Assembly: GCA_965223865.1 (NCBI GenBank)
Contig: OZ245020.1
Coordinates: 480,001 to 544,000 of the forward strand
Direction: 5' to 3'
DNA length: 64,000 bases
DNA from: Nitrosarchaeum sp.
GTDB lineage: Archaea; Thermoproteota; Nitrososphaeria; Nitrososphaerales; Nitrosopumilaceae
Below the pieces are notes generated by a model, which saw only the letters and a program-made list of their open reading frames with translations, was not told where the DNA came from and made no database searches. Positions 18,602-29,421 of the stretch are shown piece by piece. The translations under genes were made by a program, and so were the position numbers. Numbering within the stretch: position 1 is the first letter of the stretch; each line of letters opens with the position of its first letter.

Positions 18602-20170
18602 TTGTTTTCGATGCAAAGGAAAAAAATTCATCTTTTGTTAATATTTACTAGTGTTGCGATTATATCTTCTACGGCTATGACACAAGCATTTGCTCAGTCT
18701 ACTTCTGACGGAATGGATGGTTATGTGCTTGGCACTTCTGGCATTTACACTGGTAATCCTCATGAATGTTGGTATTCTGATGACGAAGGTAACATGTTAC
18801 CTTGTAGAATTGATACAGGTGATACTGCTTGGATGCTTACAGCAACGTCTTTCGTTTTGTTAATGAGCCCAGGTGTAGCTGTATTTTATGGTGGATTAGC
18901 CAGAAGTAAAAACTCTGTTAATGTTTATGGAATGACTTTAGTTATTATGGGTGTTGCAGCTGTCCAATGGCTTGCGTTTGGTTATACACTTGCATTTGGG
19001 CCAAACTATGAAGCTGGAAACGCGTTTTATGGCGCTCTAGATTACGTAGGTTTTAACAATGTTTCCCACTTTGCTCCCTTAGGAACACCTGGACCATGTG
19101 GTGATACGTGGTCTGCTGCATATCAAATGAACCAGATGGTAGATGCGGATGAATGTAGCCAAGATTGGCCGGGTACTATACCTCATATGTTATTTGCAGC
19201 ATTTCAAGGTACATTTGCAATTATTACTCCTATCTTAATTATTGGCGCTGTAGTAGATAGGATGAAATTCAGTGCGATTCTCATATTTGTGGTTGTTTGG
19301 TCTACTTTCGTGTATTATCCAGTTGCACATTGGATTTGGGGCGGTGGATGGATGGCTGATGGTACATTAGATTTGGATCCATCATTAGCTCCTAGTGGTG
19401 TGATTGACTTTGCAGGAGGTGCAGTTGTACATATTACATGTGGTTTTGCAGCACTGGCTTGTGCACTAGTTCTTGGAAGAAGAATGGGTCTTGGCAAAAT
19501 TCCAATGGAGCCACATAATATTCCAATGGTCGTATTAGGTGCTGGAATACTCTGGTTTGGTTGGTTTGGATTTAATCCTGGAAGTCAAGTAATGGTTGAT
19601 GGAGTAACTGCCAGTGCTTGGATGATTACTAACATTAGTGCGGGTATGGGTACTGTTACTTGGGTATTACTTAGTTGGGCTCATACTGGAAAACCAAGCA
19701 TTGTTGGAGCTGCTACTGGAACTATTGCTGGACTAGGAACTATTACTCCTGCCTCTGGATGGGTAGGTCCTATGGGAGCATTGATAATTGGAATGTCTGC
19801 AGGTTGCATTTGCTATGGTGCAGTTGCATTAAAGAATGCTAGGAAATGGGATGATGCACTTGATGTTTGGGGTGTACATGGTATGGGTGGATTAACAGGA
19901 ACTATTCTTGTAGGTACTTTAGCAAGTCCTCATATTTGGGATACAGGTGATGGAATAGGCGCTTGGACAGGTACGCCAGAAGGAATGGAGCAACAAGCGA
20001 TTAATATTATAGGTGCCACTGTTACTGTAGGTTATACTCTTGCAGTTACTTTTGCTATTCTAAAAATAATGGATATTATTTGGCCTGGTGGAATTAGAGT
20101 GACTCCTAGAGAGGAAGATATTGGTCTTGATATTGCACAACATGGTGAACGTGCATACGTGAATGAATAA
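18602..20170 (+). CDS. amt: Ammonium transporter (Amt) with signal peptide (start possibly ATG 18611)
   Basis: DTAWML, FYGGL, FQGTFA, DFAGGAVVH, WFGWFGFNPGS, GVHG; twin-His and Phe gate intact. Confidence 0.97.
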   Translation: MFSMQRKKIHLLLIFTSVAIISSTAMTQAFAQSTSDGMDGYVLGTSGIYTGNPHECWYSDDEGNMLPCRIDTGDTAWMLTATSFVLLMSPGVAVFYGGLARSKNSVNVYGMTLVIMGVAAVQWLAFGYTLAFGPNYEAGNAFYGALDYVGFNNVSHFAPLGTPGPCGDTWSAAYQMNQMVDADECSQDWPGTIPHMLFAAFQGTFAIITPILIIGAVVDRMKFSAILIFVVVWSTFVYYPVAHWIWGGGWMADGTLDLDPSLAPSGVIDFAGGAVVHITCGFAALACALVLGRRMGLGKIPMEPHNIPMVVLGAGILWFGWFGFNPGSQVMVDGVTASAWMITNISAGMGTVTWVLLSWAHTGKPSIVGAATGTIAGLGTITPASGWVGPMGALIIGMSAGCICYGAVALKNARKWDDALDVWGVHGMGGLTGTILVGTLASPHIWDTGDGIGAWTGTPEGMEQQAINIIGATVTVGYTLAVTFAILKIMDIIWPGGIRVTPREEDIGLDIAQHGERAYVNE

Positions 20171-20330
20171 GCATCAAGTTTTCTTATTTTTTCACTATAA
20201 ATTATGAATTGATAATCTGTTGTGTTAAGCATATAATTGTTATAGAATAACTAGAAATAATTTAGTAAAAGTGAATGTTTCTATGACTTAAATGATTAAT
20301 TAATTTTAAAAATAATAATTTTGTGGCTAG

Positions 20331-20675
20331 TTATAGAGCCGATTCACCTGAGCTTTGAGATGCAATATTGACAACTCTATCAACATCAGTTATGATGATT
20401 ATTCCATCTCCTGATTTACCTGAACGAGCAGTATTATTGATTGCATCAACGATACTTTGAACTTGAGAATCCTCAACAATAGTCATTATAGAATCCATTG
20501 TATTGTACTCAGCACGATACTGTGTTGTTCCACGGCCGCCACGTATCATTGGCCTTTCGCCAGATCCTTGACCCTTTACTTGTGTAATAGAAACTCCTTT
20601 CGCACCTGCTCCACGTACTGCTGAAACAACTTCAGACAATCTATCACTTCTAATTATAGTTTCAATCCGTTTCAT
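20331..20675 (-). CDS. glnB: Nitrogen regulatory protein P-II
   Basis: MKRIETIIR, VKGQG T-loop, ARSGKSGDGIIII B-loop. Confidence 0.93.
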   Translation of the reverse strand: MKRIETIIRSDRLSEVVSAVRGAGAKGVSITQVKGQGSGERPMIRGGRGTTQYRAEYNTMDSIMTIVEDSQVQSIVDAINNTARSGKSGDGIIIITDVDRVVNIASQSSGESAL

Positions 20676-20834
20676 GAATATCATATGATATAGTTATTAA
20701 AAAACATAACCGTATAGTTTTAAAATTTAATTCTAGTTTGTTCTATACTTCTATTGAAGATATTTTTTGAAAAAACGGTTCTCATTTTTATTATTAACCA
20801 AATAAATTTACATTCCAAAATTTTGTTTAATTAT

Positions 20835-21611
20835 ATGATAATTTCAACTTCAGAACTTAATAAAACTCTAAAGTACTCTAACATCATTTTAGTTGATACT
20901 CGTTCATTCAAAGAATACTTGGAAGGTCATATTCCAGGAGCTGTAAACTTGGATCTTTTTGCATTTCATTGGATAGATACAACAAAAAATGGAATTGAAA
21001 ATTTTAACAGACAAACACAAACGCTTCTCTCTTTTCTTGGAGTGACTCCAGAAAAAAAAATAATCTTTTATGATGATGTCTCTGGAATGCTTGCTGCAAG
21101 AGGAGTTTGGATGTTGTTGTATTTCTCCCACCAAAATGTTTCAATGTTAGATGGAGGAATACAAAAATGGAAAAAAGAAAATCTTCCTCTTGAAACAAAA
21201 CCAAATGGATTCAAACCAACTACTTTTTCAGGAAAAATAAACTCTGATATCATTTCAGGATTTGAGTACATTTTAGACAACATGGATAACTTAAAAATCC
21301 TTGATGCAAGATCAGAAGGAGAATACAACGGTTCTGTCCTTCGCGCTGCACAAGGAGGACATGTACCTAACTCAATCAATATTGATTGGAATAAAAACAT
21401 CAACGAAAATGGTACCTTCAAAAATAATGATGAATTATCGCTCCTTTATGATTTTGATAAGAACTCTGAAATCATTACATACTGCCAAGGTGCCTATAGA
21501 GCCGCTAACACTTTCTTAGCCTTGAAAAAGATTGGATTTGAAAAAGTCAGAGTCTATTTGGGCTCCTGGGGAGAATGGGGAAATAAACTGGAACTCCCTG
21601 TGGAAAAATAA
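20835..21611 (+). CDS. Tandem-domain rhodanese/sulfurtransferase
   Basis: GHIPGAV, LDGG..KW, GHVPNS, YCQGAYRA active site, YLGSWGEW. Confidence 0.93.
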   Translation: MIISTSELNKTLKYSNIILVDTRSFKEYLEGHIPGAVNLDLFAFHWIDTTKNGIENFNRQTQTLLSFLGVTPEKKIIFYDDVSGMLAARGVWMLLYFSHQNVSMLDGGIQKWKKENLPLETKPNGFKPTTFSGKINSDIISGFEYILDNMDNLKILDARSEGEYNGSVLRAAQGGHVPNSINIDWNKNINENGTFKNNDELSLLYDFDKNSEIITYCQGAYRAANTFLALKKIGFEKVRVYLGSWGEWGNKLELPVEK

Positions 21612-21649
21612 TCTAATCTTTTATCTACATCTATCATCTTTATCCTATC

Positions 21650-21781
21650 ATGGGTTTTCTAAAGAAACTAAAAGACACTGCAGAGAAGGGAGTCGAAAAA
21701 GGTGCAGAATTAGGTACCAAAGGTTATGAGGGTGCTAAAGATGCTGCCAAAAAAGGACACGATAAAGCTAAAAGAGATTAA
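21650..21781 (+). CDS. 43-aa K/A/G/E-rich LEA-like microprotein (not in the ORF track)
   Basis: MGFLKKLKDTAEKGVEKGAELGTKGYEGAKDAAKKGHDKAKRD*. Confidence 0.7.
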   Translation: MGFLKKLKDTAEKGVEKGAELGTKGYEGAKDAAKKGHDKAKRD

Positions 21782-21801
21782 ACTTTAATCTTCAAAAATT
21801 T

Positions 21802-23901
21802 TTATTTTTTCTTCCAAACAAATTGATTGTAAATCAGTTCTGGTCTGATTTGCCTAAATGGCTGTGCGCCTCCGTCATACCACTTTGTAAAGAATTCATA
21901 CAAATGCAACCTTAGGGACTGAATATATACAATCAATCCTTCAATCATCATAATACCCAAGTTTCCTCCAACAATCATGGCAATTGCTCCCACAGACTCG
22001 GCACCACCTAGTGAGGTAAACGCATTGTTTACAGTCAACAATAATGCCGCATGTACAAGCAGCATAATACCAAGCCGAGCATAACTAATCGTATGCGCCA
22101 ACGCCTCTACTGTCTTTCCTAGAAAAACTTCCATCACCACACTTGCCGGATCTCCTCCATCTTCAGGGTGTTTCTTTGCATGCAAGATTCCTCCAACCAT
22201 CATCATTACCATTGATGCAATTACAACAACAACTGCAATTCTTGTAACAATCCAAACTTGAGCCCATTCACCGAGGAAAATAGTTACCCATGGAACTGCT
22301 TCTGTATGTGCTCTTGAATACATGTTCATCACATCATACTGTGAACCAATAGCACACATCATGATTACCACAATTCCACCGTATAGTGTAATGTTTGGAA
22401 TTGCTTCCATGTACATTACAAGTTTCTGACCTTTCTCAGCTAATCTCTTAATTCTTAGAACCATTGCCCAAACAAGATGAACTATTCCAAGGAATAATGA
22501 AACTTTGAGAATGTTAATTACTTGATCAAACGTTAACTCAGCTACGCTAAGTATTCCAACTATCCAACTAACCGAGTGTAGTGCTCCGCCTTCTTCTAAT
22601 AATCCTTCAAATGGGCCCATATGATCAAGATGATAACCAAATGCCTCTCCTGCTGCAACTCCTGCAATGGCTGCCGCTGCTCCAGAAATTGCAATTAACA
22701 TCCCCCATCTAGAAAGTTCACCTTGCCCTTTGACTTTGAACAAGAGACCCATTCCCATAAGCAATAATCCGTGACCCATATCTGCAAACATCAGACCATA
22801 AAATATTGGCCACATTAGAGCAATCATTGGTGTAGGGTCTGGCTCTCCTTTGTGAGGAATACCTTGACTCTTTGTAATAACCTCAAAAGTTCTTACGAAC
22901 CTTTTATTATCAAATAATGTTGGTGAGTCACTACTAAGCTTGGGATCAGTAACATCTTCAATGACTGATGTCCATTGTTTTGTAGAGTTGGCAAATTTCT
23001 CCTCCATCCGTCTTGGGATATATCCTTGAATTACTGCAAAATGTTTTGTTCCTCCTGGTTTTCTCAAAGTCTCAAGTACATCTTTTGCAACAAGTGCTTT
23101 TTCATGAATTGTTAGAATATCACGCCTAATTGACTTTTGTAAGCCAGCCAGTTCTTTTGTAATTGCTGTTTGCTTTGCAGTTAACTCTTTAATTTTTGAT
23201 TCTGCTAATGCATAAGCCTCACTAGGAATCTGAGGAAAACCCTCAGGAATTTTAAATAAATTTGAATTAAAACTTCTAAGTACCTTGAGTACTTTTTCAG
23301 AGTCTTCAGTATCAGAAATTACTAGTAGCGCAGACTTTTCTTTACTTTCTAAGTCGTATTTGTACATAGTAATATCCTCAAGGGAGTGACTAATTTCTTC
23401 AAAATCTGTTGAATTGATAACAAAAAGATTTACAAAAAAATATCTAGTTTGCCCAAAGCCTGATAAATCCATATTCATTTTTCTAATAACTTCTAGAGTA
23501 TCTTTGAGTGACTTGTATTCCTCAATTGAGAGTCTAGTGTTGGCTGCTTCTTCAAGCAGTTTTGCTGGTTTGTCAATAATGGCTGGCGCAGTTTTAATAA
23601 GATCATTTACCATATCTTCAATCTCATCAATCTCATAGTTTGATTTCTTGATTACAGTCCCTTTGAAAAGAATCTCCATTATTCCTACAGTAAGTGGGAT
23701 TCCCATTCCTTTGATTACATCGTCTATGGACTGGAATGTTTGCTGTGCCTTTAGCAGAAGATCATCAATTTCAGGTGTTACCTGATCACTTGGAGAATCG
23801 ATCTTGTGAAACCATTCAAACTCTGTTAGCCTAGATATTGCCTGTGGTGATTCACTTCTTGGCAAAATTACGGTTCCAAGTTTTAGATCGGCGGTTCCCA
23901 A
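21802..23901 (-). CDS. atpI: A/V-type ATP synthase subunit I (a)
   Basis: PTLFDN, EPDPTP, YGLMFADMGHG, ISYARL, LRLHLYEFFTKWY. Confidence 0.96.
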   Translation of the reverse strand: MGTADLKLGTVILPRSESPQAISRLTEFEWFHKIDSPSDQVTPEIDDLLLKAQQTFQSIDDVIKGMGIPLTVGIMEILFKGTVIKKSNYEIDEIEDMVNDLIKTAPAIIDKPAKLLEEAANTRLSIEEYKSLKDTLEVIRKMNMDLSGFGQTRYFFVNLFVINSTDFEEISHSLEDITMYKYDLESKEKSALLVISDTEDSEKVLKVLRSFNSNLFKIPEGFPQIPSEAYALAESKIKELTAKQTAITKELAGLQKSIRRDILTIHEKALVAKDVLETLRKPGGTKHFAVIQGYIPRRMEEKFANSTKQWTSVIEDVTDPKLSSDSPTLFDNKRFVRTFEVITKSQGIPHKGEPDPTPMIALMWPIFYGLMFADMGHGLLLMGMGLLFKVKGQGELSRWGMLIAISGAAAAIAGVAAGEAFGYHLDHMGPFEGLLEEGGALHSVSWIVGILSVAELTFDQVINILKVSLFLGIVHLVWAMVLRIKRLAEKGQKLVMYMEAIPNITLYGGIVVIMMCAIGSQYDVMNMYSRAHTEAVPWVTIFLGEWAQVWIVTRIAVVVVIASMVMMMVGGILHAKKHPEDGGDPASVVMEVFLGKTVEALAHTISYARLGIMLLVHAALLLTVNNAFTSLGGAESVGAIAMIVGGNLGIMMIEGLIVYIQSLRLHLYEFFTKWYDGGAQPFRQIRPELIYNQFVWKKK

Positions 23902-23992
23902 TACAATTTCTGGGTTATTTCATTGAGTTTAATATCTTTCTGATTGCAACTTTTCCCAAACATTAAAATCCATTACGGATTTACGGCACTCA

Positions 23993-24592
23993 TTGGCATC
24001 TAATACTGCATTAGAAAAAACCATAGACAAAATCCTTGTTCAAACTGAAAAAGATATTTTGTCGAATATTCAAACTGCATTAACTGAATGTCAGCAAAAC
24101 CTAGATGATGCTCTTCCTAAATTAGAGCAAGAACATGATAAAATAATCTCAGATGGGAGAAAAGAGGCAGAAAAGATTGAAAAACAGATTATTGGCAGCT
24201 CTGACCTTGAGGCTAGGAACAAACAATTGATGACTTTGGAGGATGCAGTAGACAAAGTCTTTACCAAAGCCCTAGATCAAATTGCAAATAAAGATCGTAG
24301 TGGAGATTATGCAAATTTAATTAAATCCCTTTTAGATGAAGCAACAAAAATTTTGGGTACAACTGATGTATCTGTTCTTACAAATTCAAAAGATAAGGAG
24401 GCTGTTCAATCAACACTTTCACAATTTCCGGGAGCAGAACTATCTTCTGAGACAATTGATTGTCTAGGAGGAGTTATCATAAAATCAAAAGATGGTACAA
24501 TGACTTTTGATAATACTATTGATGCAAGGATTGAACGTCTGAAGCCTTTAATAAGGAAAGAAATAGCAACAAAATTCGGGGTAGGTAATTAG
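23993..24592 (+). CDS. atpE: A/V-type ATP synthase subunit E
   Basis: N-terminal coiled coil; CLGGVII...DNTIDARI. Confidence 0.92.
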   Translation: MASNTALEKTIDKILVQTEKDILSNIQTALTECQQNLDDALPKLEQEHDKIISDGRKEAEKIEKQIIGSSDLEARNKQLMTLEDAVDKVFTKALDQIANKDRSGDYANLIKSLLDEATKILGTTDVSVLTNSKDKEAVQSTLSQFPGAELSSETIDCLGGVIIKSKDGTMTFDNTIDARIERLKPLIRKEIATKFGVGN

Positions 24593-24593
24593 A

Positions 24594-26372
24594 ATGGCAG
24601 CACAAGGTAGAATTGTTTGGGTCAGTGGTCCTGCAGTAAAAGCTGATGGAATGTCAGATGCAAAAATGTATGAAACCGTAGTTGTTGGAGACTCTAAACT
24701 TGTTGGTGAAGTAATTAGATTAACTGGCGATGTTGCATTTATTCAAGTATATGAATCAACTAGTGGATTAAAACCAGGTGAACCAGTAATTGGTACAGGA
24801 AACCCACTAAGTGTACTTTTAGGTCCAGGAATTATTGGACAACTTTATGATGGAATTCAAAGACCCCTAAGAGAATTATCCAAAGCCTCAGGCTCATTTA
24901 TCGGCAGAGGTATTACTACAACCCCAGTTGATATGACAAAAAAATATCATTTTGTTCCAACTGTTAGCGCTGGTGATGAAGTCAATCCAGGAAATGTAAT
25001 AGGAACTGTTCAGGAAACAGACCTCATAGAACACTCTATTATGGTACCACCAGATCATCCTGGAGGAGTTGTATCAAATATTGTATCAGAAGGAGATTAT
25101 GATTTAGAAGCTGAAATAGCAAAAACCGAGAAAGACGGTCAAACCATTACACTCAAAATGTATCATAAATGGCCTGTTAGAAAACCACGTCCATACAAAG
25201 ATCGTTACGATCCTACTGTTCCACTTCTTACAGGGCAACGTGTAATTGACACATTTTTCCCAATTGCAAAAGGCGGTACCGGTTCCATACCTGGTGCATT
25301 TGGAACAGGAAAAACTGTAACACTTCACCAAATAGCAAAATGGGCAGACTCTCAAGTCGTAGTTTACATCGGTTGTGGTGAAAGAGGAAATGAGATGACT
25401 GAAGTGTTAGTTGAATTCCCTCATCTTAAAGATCCAAGAAGTGGAAAACCACTCATGGATAGAACTGTTCTTGTTGCAAACACAAGTAATATGCCAGTAG
25501 CTGCAAGAGAAGCAAGTATATACACTGGCGTAACAATTGCGGAATACTACAGAGATATGGGTAAGGACGTTGTCCTTGTTGCAGATTCTACTAGTAGATG
25601 GGCCGAAGCACTCAGAGAAATGAGTGGAAGATTAGAAGAGATGCCAGCAGAAGAGGGTTACCCATCATATCTTGCATCAAGATTAGCAGAATTTTATGAA
25701 AGAGCCGGTCGTGTAAGGGCAGCAGGAAGTCCAGATCGTGATGGCTCTGTAACTCTTGTAGGTGCAGTTTCTCCATCAGGTGGTGACTTTACAGAACCCG
25801 TTACAACACACACAATGAGATTTATCAAAACCTTCTGGGCTCTAGATGCAAAACTTGCATACTCTAGACACTATCCTTCGATTAACTGGATGAACAGTTA
25901 TTCTGGTTATCTGGCAGACATCTCTAAATGGTGGGGTGAAAACATTAACGAAGATTGGCTTAGTTTAAGAAGTGATGCATATGGTGTTTTGCAAAGAGAA
26001 GATACGCTTAAAGAAATTGTGCGACTCTTAGGTCCAGAAGCATTACCAGACGAAGAAAAATTAATTCTTGAAATTGCAAGAATGATAAAGATTGGTCTAT
26101 TACAACAAAATTCATTTGATGATGTTGATACCTACTGCAGCCCAGAAAAACAATACAAACTCCTTAAACTATTAGTTGATTTCTACAAGAGAGGACAACA
26201 AGCACTCAAAGAAGGTGCGGAACTCTCAGACATTCGCGCAATGTCAATTATTGGTTCCCTACTTAAAGCAAGAATGGAAGTTAAGGATGATGAAATGCCA
26301 AAACTTGAACAATTAGATAATGAAATGCAAGAACAATTCAAATCAATTACAGGAGTGAAAGTATCAAATTGA
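24594..26372 (+). CDS. atpA: A/V-type ATP synthase subunit A
   Basis: GAFGTGKT P-loop, [16 protein letters not shown]; no intein. Confidence 0.98.
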   Translation: MAAQGRIVWVSGPAVKADGMSDAKMYETVVVGDSKLVGEVIRLTGDVAFIQVYESTSGLKPGEPVIGTGNPLSVLLGPGIIGQLYDGIQRPLRELSKASGSFIGRGITTTPVDMTKKYHFVPTVSAGDEVNPGNVIGTVQETDLIEHSIMVPPDHPGGVVSNIVSEGDYDLEAEIAKTEKDGQTITLKMYHKWPVRKPRPYKDRYDPTVPLLTGQRVIDTFFPIAKGGTGSIPGAFGTGKTVTLHQIAKWADSQVVVYIGCGERGNEMTEVLVEFPHLKDPRSGKPLMDRTVLVANTSNMPVAAREASIYTGVTIAEYYRDMGKDVVLVADSTSRWAEALREMSGRLEEMPAEEGYPSYLASRLAEFYERAGRVRAAGSPDRDGSVTLVGAVSPSGGDFTEPVTTHTMRFIKTFWALDAKLAYSRHYPSINWMNSYSGYLADISKWWGENINEDWLSLRSDAYGVLQREDTLKEIVRLLGPEALPDEEKLILEIARMIKIGLLQQNSFDDVDTYCSPEKQYKLLKLLVDFYKRGQQALKEGAELSDIRAMSIIGSLLKARMEVKDDEMPKLEQLDNEMQEQFKSITGVKVSN

Positions 26373-27754
26373 CCGCAGAAGGTGGAGTTCAATACAGTAA
26401 AATCGCAGAAATTAAAGGTCCACTAGTAATTGTTGATGATGTTGAAAATGCAGCATTTGATGAACTAGTTGAAGTTGAAACTAAAGATGGAGAAAGAAGA
26501 TTAGGAAAAGTCCTTGAAGTTGGAAATGGGAAAGCAATTGTTCAAGTATTTGAGGGAACAACTGGATTATCTGTTTCTGGAACTAATGCAAAATTTGTTG
26601 GAAAAGTTATGGAGATGCCTGTATCAAAAGAAGTACTCGGTAGAGTCTTTGATGGATTAGGTAGACCAAAAGACGGACTTCCAGATCCAATAGCTGATAA
26701 ATTTATTGATATTAATGGTGAGCCAATGAATCCTGAACAACGAGAATATCCAAAGGACTTCATTCAAACTGGTGTTTCTGTTATTGATGGAATGATTACT
26801 CTAGTCAGAGGCCAAAAACTTCCAATCTTCTCTGGTTCTGGAATGTCACACAACCTCTTGGCAGCCCAAATTGCAAGACAAGCAAGTGTTATTGGTACAC
26901 AAGATGATTTTGCAGTAGTCTTTGCAGCAATTGGTGTGCAATATAGTGAAGCAGAATATTTCAGACGAAGTCTTGAGGAATCAGGTGCATTAAAGAGAAG
27001 TGTTCTATTTCTTAACTTAGCAGATGATCCTGCTATTGAAAGAATTATCACTCCTCGTGTAGCATTGACTGTTGCAGAATATTTGGCATTTGATCTTGGA
27101 ATGCATGTTCTTGTAATTCTCACAGACATGACAAATTATGCTGAAGCACTAAGAGAGATCAGTGCAGCAAGAGAAGAAGTTCCAGGAAGAAAAGGCTATC
27201 CCGGTTATCTTTACACGGACCTTTCCACCATTTATGAAAGAGCAGGAAAACTAAATGGAAAGAAAGGAAGTGTAACACAGGTTCCTATCTTGTCAATGCC
27301 TTCAGATGATATTACACACCCAATTCCAGACTTAACTGGATATATCACAGAAGGACAGATTGTACTTGGAAGAGATCTCTTTAGACAAGGAGTTTATCCA
27401 CCAGTTAACATTTTGATGAGTCTTAGTAGATTAATGAAAGATGGAATTGGTGAAGGAAGCACTAGAGAAGATCATGGTGAAATTTCAAACCAAAACTATG
27501 ACGCATATTCTAGAGCCCAAGAAGTCAGAGCACTTGCAGGAATTGTAGGTAAAGCAGGATTAACAGAAATCGACTTGAAATACATGGATGTAGGTGATGT
27601 CTTTGAAAAAGAATTTCTAACACAGGCAACTGATGAAAATAGAACAATTGATGAGACACTTGGTATTTTATGGAAAGTTGTATCCCAGCTTCCAAAGAAT
27701 GAATTGACAAAGGTCAAAGACAAATTCGTAGATCAATATTATCAGGAAAAGTAG
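26369..27754 (+). CDS. atpB: A/V-type ATP synthase subunit B
   Basis: [37 protein letters not shown]. Confidence 0.98.
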   Translation: MTAEGGVQYSKIAEIKGPLVIVDDVENAAFDELVEVETKDGERRLGKVLEVGNGKAIVQVFEGTTGLSVSGTNAKFVGKVMEMPVSKEVLGRVFDGLGRPKDGLPDPIADKFIDINGEPMNPEQREYPKDFIQTGVSVIDGMITLVRGQKLPIFSGSGMSHNLLAAQIARQASVIGTQDDFAVVFAAIGVQYSEAEYFRRSLEESGALKRSVLFLNLADDPAIERIITPRVALTVAEYLAFDLGMHVLVILTDMTNYAEALREISAAREEVPGRKGYPGYLYTDLSTIYERAGKLNGKKGSVTQVPILSMPSDDITHPIPDLTGYITEGQIVLGRDLFRQGVYPPVNILMSLSRLMKDGIGEGSTREDHGEISNQNYDAYSRAQEVRALAGIVGKAGLTEIDLKYMDVGDVFEKEFLTQATDENRTIDETLGILWKVVSQLPKNELTKVKDKFVDQYYQEK

Positions 27755-27758
27755 CAAA

Positions 27759-28391
27759 ATGTCATTTGGACAGAATGTAGCTGCAACAAAAATTGAACTT
27801 CTAAAATACAAAAGATCCAGTCAAGTCGCAACAATGGTTCAGAAAATTTTAGACGATAAACGTAAAGTCCTCTTAAAAAATATCGAAGAAATGATTGAAG
27901 AAGCTTCCAAAGCAAGAGGTGGAATATGGGAACCATTACAAGATATTTACAAATCAGTCAATGAAGCATATCTTGCCTTAGGAACTGCTACAGTTGACTC
28001 TGTTGCTGAATCTACTCCTCCCGTAATGGAAGTTGAGGTTAAGATACGAAGAGTAGTAGATGTAAAAATTCCTGCTTTATCTGTGACTGAAAAAGACACA
28101 AAATCAATGCCATATGGATTTGCAGATACAAACTCTTCGATTGATAGAGCAGCAAAACAAATCAAAGAACTACTTCCAAAAATTTGTAAAGCAGCCGAAT
28201 ATGAAAATTCAATTTTTAGCCTTGCAAAAGCCTTAGAAAAAACACAAAAACTTCTAAATGCACTTGAGAATGTTATTATTCCACAATATCAACAACGAAT
28301 TAGATTTATTCTTGCAACTCTAGAAGAAAGAGAAAGAGAAGAATTCGCAAAGTTAAAAAAAGTAAAGGCTAAGATGGAGAGTAGAAAATAA
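27759..28391 (+). CDS. atpD: A/V-type ATP synthase subunit D
   Basis: LDDKRKVL, NALENVIIP, LEEREREEF. Confidence 0.95.
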   Translation: MSFGQNVAATKIELLKYKRSSQVATMVQKILDDKRKVLLKNIEEMIEEASKARGGIWEPLQDIYKSVNEAYLALGTATVDSVAESTPPVMEVEVKIRRVVDVKIPALSVTEKDTKSMPYGFADTNSSIDRAAKQIKELLPKICKAAEYENSIFSLAKALEKTQKLLNALENVIIPQYQQRIRFILATLEEREREEFAKLKKVKAKMESRK

Positions 28392-28522
28392 TGGCAAAAG
28401 AAGAAATCAAAAAATTACTTGAAGAGTCTAAAAAACAATTAGATCAGGATCACGAAAAATTTGTAAATTCTGTTAAAGACGATCTAGCATCTTTCAAAAA
28501 GAAAACACTGGATCGAATTTGA
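28391..28522 (+). CDS. 43-aa helical microprotein within the atp operon (not in the ORF track)
   Basis: ATG overlaps the atpD stop (TAATG): MAKEEIKKLLEESKKQLDQDHEKFVNSVKDDLASFKKKTLDRI*. Confidence 0.7.
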   Translation: MAKEEIKKLLEESKKQLDQDHEKFVNSVKDDLASFKKKTLDRI

Positions 28523-28574
28523 ATTTAAAATATCATCATGATTTAAATATGGACCCAAAGGAGCCACATCATAA

Positions 28575-28880
28575 ATGAAAACTATCGTCTTGTTACTTTT
28601 GGTTGCAGCAGCAATTTCCTTTGCAGGATCTACAGGAGTTGCATTTGCACAAGAAGGCTCAGCTGGTAGTGCAGACTCTATGAAACTCCTAGGTGCTGGT
28701 TTGGCCTTTGGTATAGCCGCCGGTGGAGCAGGTATAGGTCTTGGTCAAGTGGGTGCAGCAGGTCTTGCAGTCATTAGTGAGAACCCAGCTTTACAGTCTA
28801 AGGTGTTCATCTTCGTAGGTATGGTCGAATCAATCGCAATCTACGGTATAGTTATGATGTTTATCATCTTAGGACAATAG
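28575..28880 (+). CDS. atpK: A/V-type ATP synthase proteolipid subunit K (c), single hairpin with signal peptide
   Basis: AFA|QEG cleavage site, GAGIGLG, ENP loop, GMVESIAIYG carboxylate. Confidence 0.95.
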   Translation: MKTIVLLLLVAAAISFAGSTGVAFAQEGSAGSADSMKLLGAGLAFGIAAGGAGIGLGQVGAAGLAVISENPALQSKVFIFVGMVESIAIYGIVMMFIILGQ

Positions 28881-28919
28881 TCCTAACATCATCTTTTTCA
28901 AATTTTTCAATTTTCTAAT

Positions 28920-29381
28920 TTAATTATATTTTAGCTTGTTAACATCTAAAACTCTAGAACAATATCTGCACTTTAGAACTCGCCCTTCTTTATCAATTAC
29001 ATCCATTACAGATTCAATATGTTCAGGACTATTAGTAATACAATCAGGGTTTGAGCAACGAAATATCCTATCAATCTCATTAGGAAGAGCCACTCTTCTC
29101 TTTTCTACAAGCTTGTAGTCTTTGATAATATTGATAGTTGCTTTTGGGGCAATTACAGCAAGCTTGTTTGTATCATCATCCTTTAGAAATTTATTTTCAA
29201 CTTTTATGATGTCTTTTTTCTTGAACTTTCCACTGGGTACATTTAATGCAATGGTAATTAGACTACCATCCTTTCCATCAATTCTAAGGGCATTGAGAAC
29301 CTGCAGACCTTTACCCTCATCAATATGATCTAACACAGTACCCTCCTTTATTCGTCGAACCAAAAGTTCGGACTCTTGCAT
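28920..29381 (-). CDS. pyrI: Aspartate carbamoyltransferase regulatory chain
   Basis: GTVLDHI, KKDIIKVE, CSNPDCIT, CRYC. Confidence 0.96.
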   Translation of the reverse strand: MQESELLVRRIKEGTVLDHIDEGKGLQVLNALRIDGKDGSLITIALNVPSGKFKKKDIIKVENKFLKDDDTNKLAVIAPKATINIIKDYKLVEKRRVALPNEIDRIFRCSNPDCITNSPEHIESVMDVIDKEGRVLKCRYCSRVLDVNKLKYN

Positions 29382-29421
29382 CAGAATACTTTGTATAGTC
29401 ACCTGTATATATTATTGAAAG

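Noticed and set aside
28575-28880. Na+-specific c subunit
   Set aside because: ES...Y is present, but the helix-1 Gln position of the Na+ motif appears to be Leu (GAGIGLG), so H+ coupling is more likely
16785-28880. Split, divergent ATP synthase gene order as a novelty
   Set aside because: A fragmented A-type atp locus is, to my knowledge, normal for this archaeal group
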